Shown here: positions 62,660 to 64,000 of the stretch, piece by piece | Layout of the letters: each line of letters begins with the position of its first letter | Numbering within the stretch: the first letter of the stretch is position 1 | Source: Callorhinchus milii | Taxonomy: Eukaryota | NCBI RefSeq assembly: GCF_018977255.1 | Contig: NW_024704743.1 | Location: 9,364,001 to 9,428,000, forward strand | Reading direction: 5' to 3' | Length of the DNA: 64,000 nucleotides | The notes under the pieces: generated by a model | The model's database searches: none | Seen by the model: only the letters and a program-made list of their open reading frames with translations | What the model was told of the DNA's origin: nothing | Position numbers and translations under genes: made by a program

Positions 62660-63060
62660 ATAACAACAGCAAATTGCATTTATACAGTGCCTTTCACTTC
62701 GGTCCCAAGGCGCCAGGCAGTCGAGGGTTTACAACTGAGCTGGGGCTTGGATTGGGAGGGATGGGGGCCAAAGAGGGATGGGGGAAAGATGACTGAAGGC
62801 CCGGTCAAAGAGGAAAGTCTTGTACATCTTGGACTGATTCCATCCCCCAGTCACACTGCCTCACCCCCTCCTTAGCCTCCTTCATGTCCCGCCTCAAAAC
62901 TATTCTCTTCGACCATGCCATCGGTCACCCCCTTCCCCACCCCTCCCTTCTCCCTCCCTGACCCCAGCTCGGGTCTGAAATGCTATACACTGTCCAGCGC
63001 CTTGGGACGTCCTCCCGATGTGAATGGCACTATACAAATGTAATCTTGTTGTTGTTGTTG
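62660..63060. mobile_element. Two L2 3' fragments in opposite orientation (minus 62660-62818; plus 62830-63060)
   Basis: Both carry ...ctctt(t/c)gacc...gcgccttgggac...gtgaa(a/t)ggcact tails, pointing outward. Confidence 0.78.
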
Positions 63061-63617
63061 AATTCTTCTTAGGACATGGGAGATACAAGAGGTTGCACTT
63101 TAAATACAATAGGAGCCTGGTATTCACTTAATTGCTGTTTGTGGGATTGTTTGTGTGCTGTAAGTAAAGTGGTTGCAGTGTTTGCCTACAAAATAGAATC
63201 AGTGCACTTTACAGTAATTAGTGTGAAGCGCTTTTAGATGTGAAAGGTGCTATAGCAAATGCAAGGTTTATTATTTGATTATTATTATTAAATTCCCACC
63301 TGGTCTAAGCTTGTTGGACCAATTGTGTCTTAAAATTTAAGATTAGGACGAATTGCGGTAAATTCTTAAGTTCGACCACAATTTTGAAGCCTTTTGTTCC
63401 TCAGATCTTCAAACTAACCACATTTTTGCACACCATACAAAACTAATTCCACAACAATGCACGGAAACAACTGAATACAACATTCCTGCAGTCTTCAAAT
63501 AAACTTCAGGAAACATATTATTGAAGGGAACGGGGAAAGCAAAAGGGTTAGTGCCCATGGCCGCAATTAGGGGAGCTTGTATCAGCAGACACGATGGGAT
63601 AAATAATGATAAAAAAT

Positions 63618-63978
63618 GAATAATTATTGCATGTGATATAGCACCGTATCGCATTGTTGAAGCATCTCAAAGCGCTTCACAGAATATATTTTAAATGTAG
63701 TGACTGTGTACTTGGTTGGCGAAACGCAGCAGCCAATTGTGCACAATAGTGTTCAACAAACAGTCGTGGAATGAGTGATCAATTTTATTTATTTATGTTT
63801 TGGAGGCATTATTACCCCTGGAAGCACCAAAACTAATAACTAGGTTCCAACTTAATGTTAGGTAAACAGATGTGCGTGGAATTAGGAAATTTGCCTGAGG
63901 TTTTGCCCTGCCGGGGAATCGAACCCGAGTTCTCTCACTTACAAGGGGAGTGTGCTAACCACTACACTACAGGACTCC
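63618..63978 (-). mobile_element. SINE family A, full length, long subtype
   Basis: Head ends gggaatcgaacccgag...gtgctaaccactacactacaggactcc; body caaagcgcttcacagaatat...caaacagtcgtgga. Confidence 0.85.
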
Positions 63979-64000
63979 AGAAATCCTTGATAATCCTTGT

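Overview
Vertebrate nuclear DNA, not prokaryotic. The SINE/L2/CR1 repertoire suggests a cartilaginous fish, most likely a chimaera such as Callorhinchus (inference). The window lies inside the cell-polarity gene PARD3 on the minus strand. One coding exon is present (2130-2310, 181 nt, [28 protein letters not shown]...[10 protein letters not shown]; equivalent to human exon 3). The remaining ~61.7 kb to the right appears to be one large intron. That intron is packed with L2 LINE 3' fragments (one retains the RT core), CR1 relics, a tRNA-Ala-like SINE ('family A' here), Deu-domain SINEs ('family B'), an older AmnSINE2-like SINE, small DNA-transposon relics and several repeat-free, homeodomain-motif-rich blocks that look like conserved enhancers. 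The most unexpected element is a ~380-bp decayed fragment of FAT1 cadherin coding sequence (16245-16624, + strand), fused between two truncated SINEs and antisense to PARD3. Other notable patterns are repeated insertions into the 3' stem-loop of SINE tails, compensatory base changes between SINE and L2 tail hairpins, and a spacer-less inverted SINE pair. I found no evidence for a wholly new biological system. Repeat boundaries are approximate, read by eye. Family names and reference sequences are recalled, not searched.
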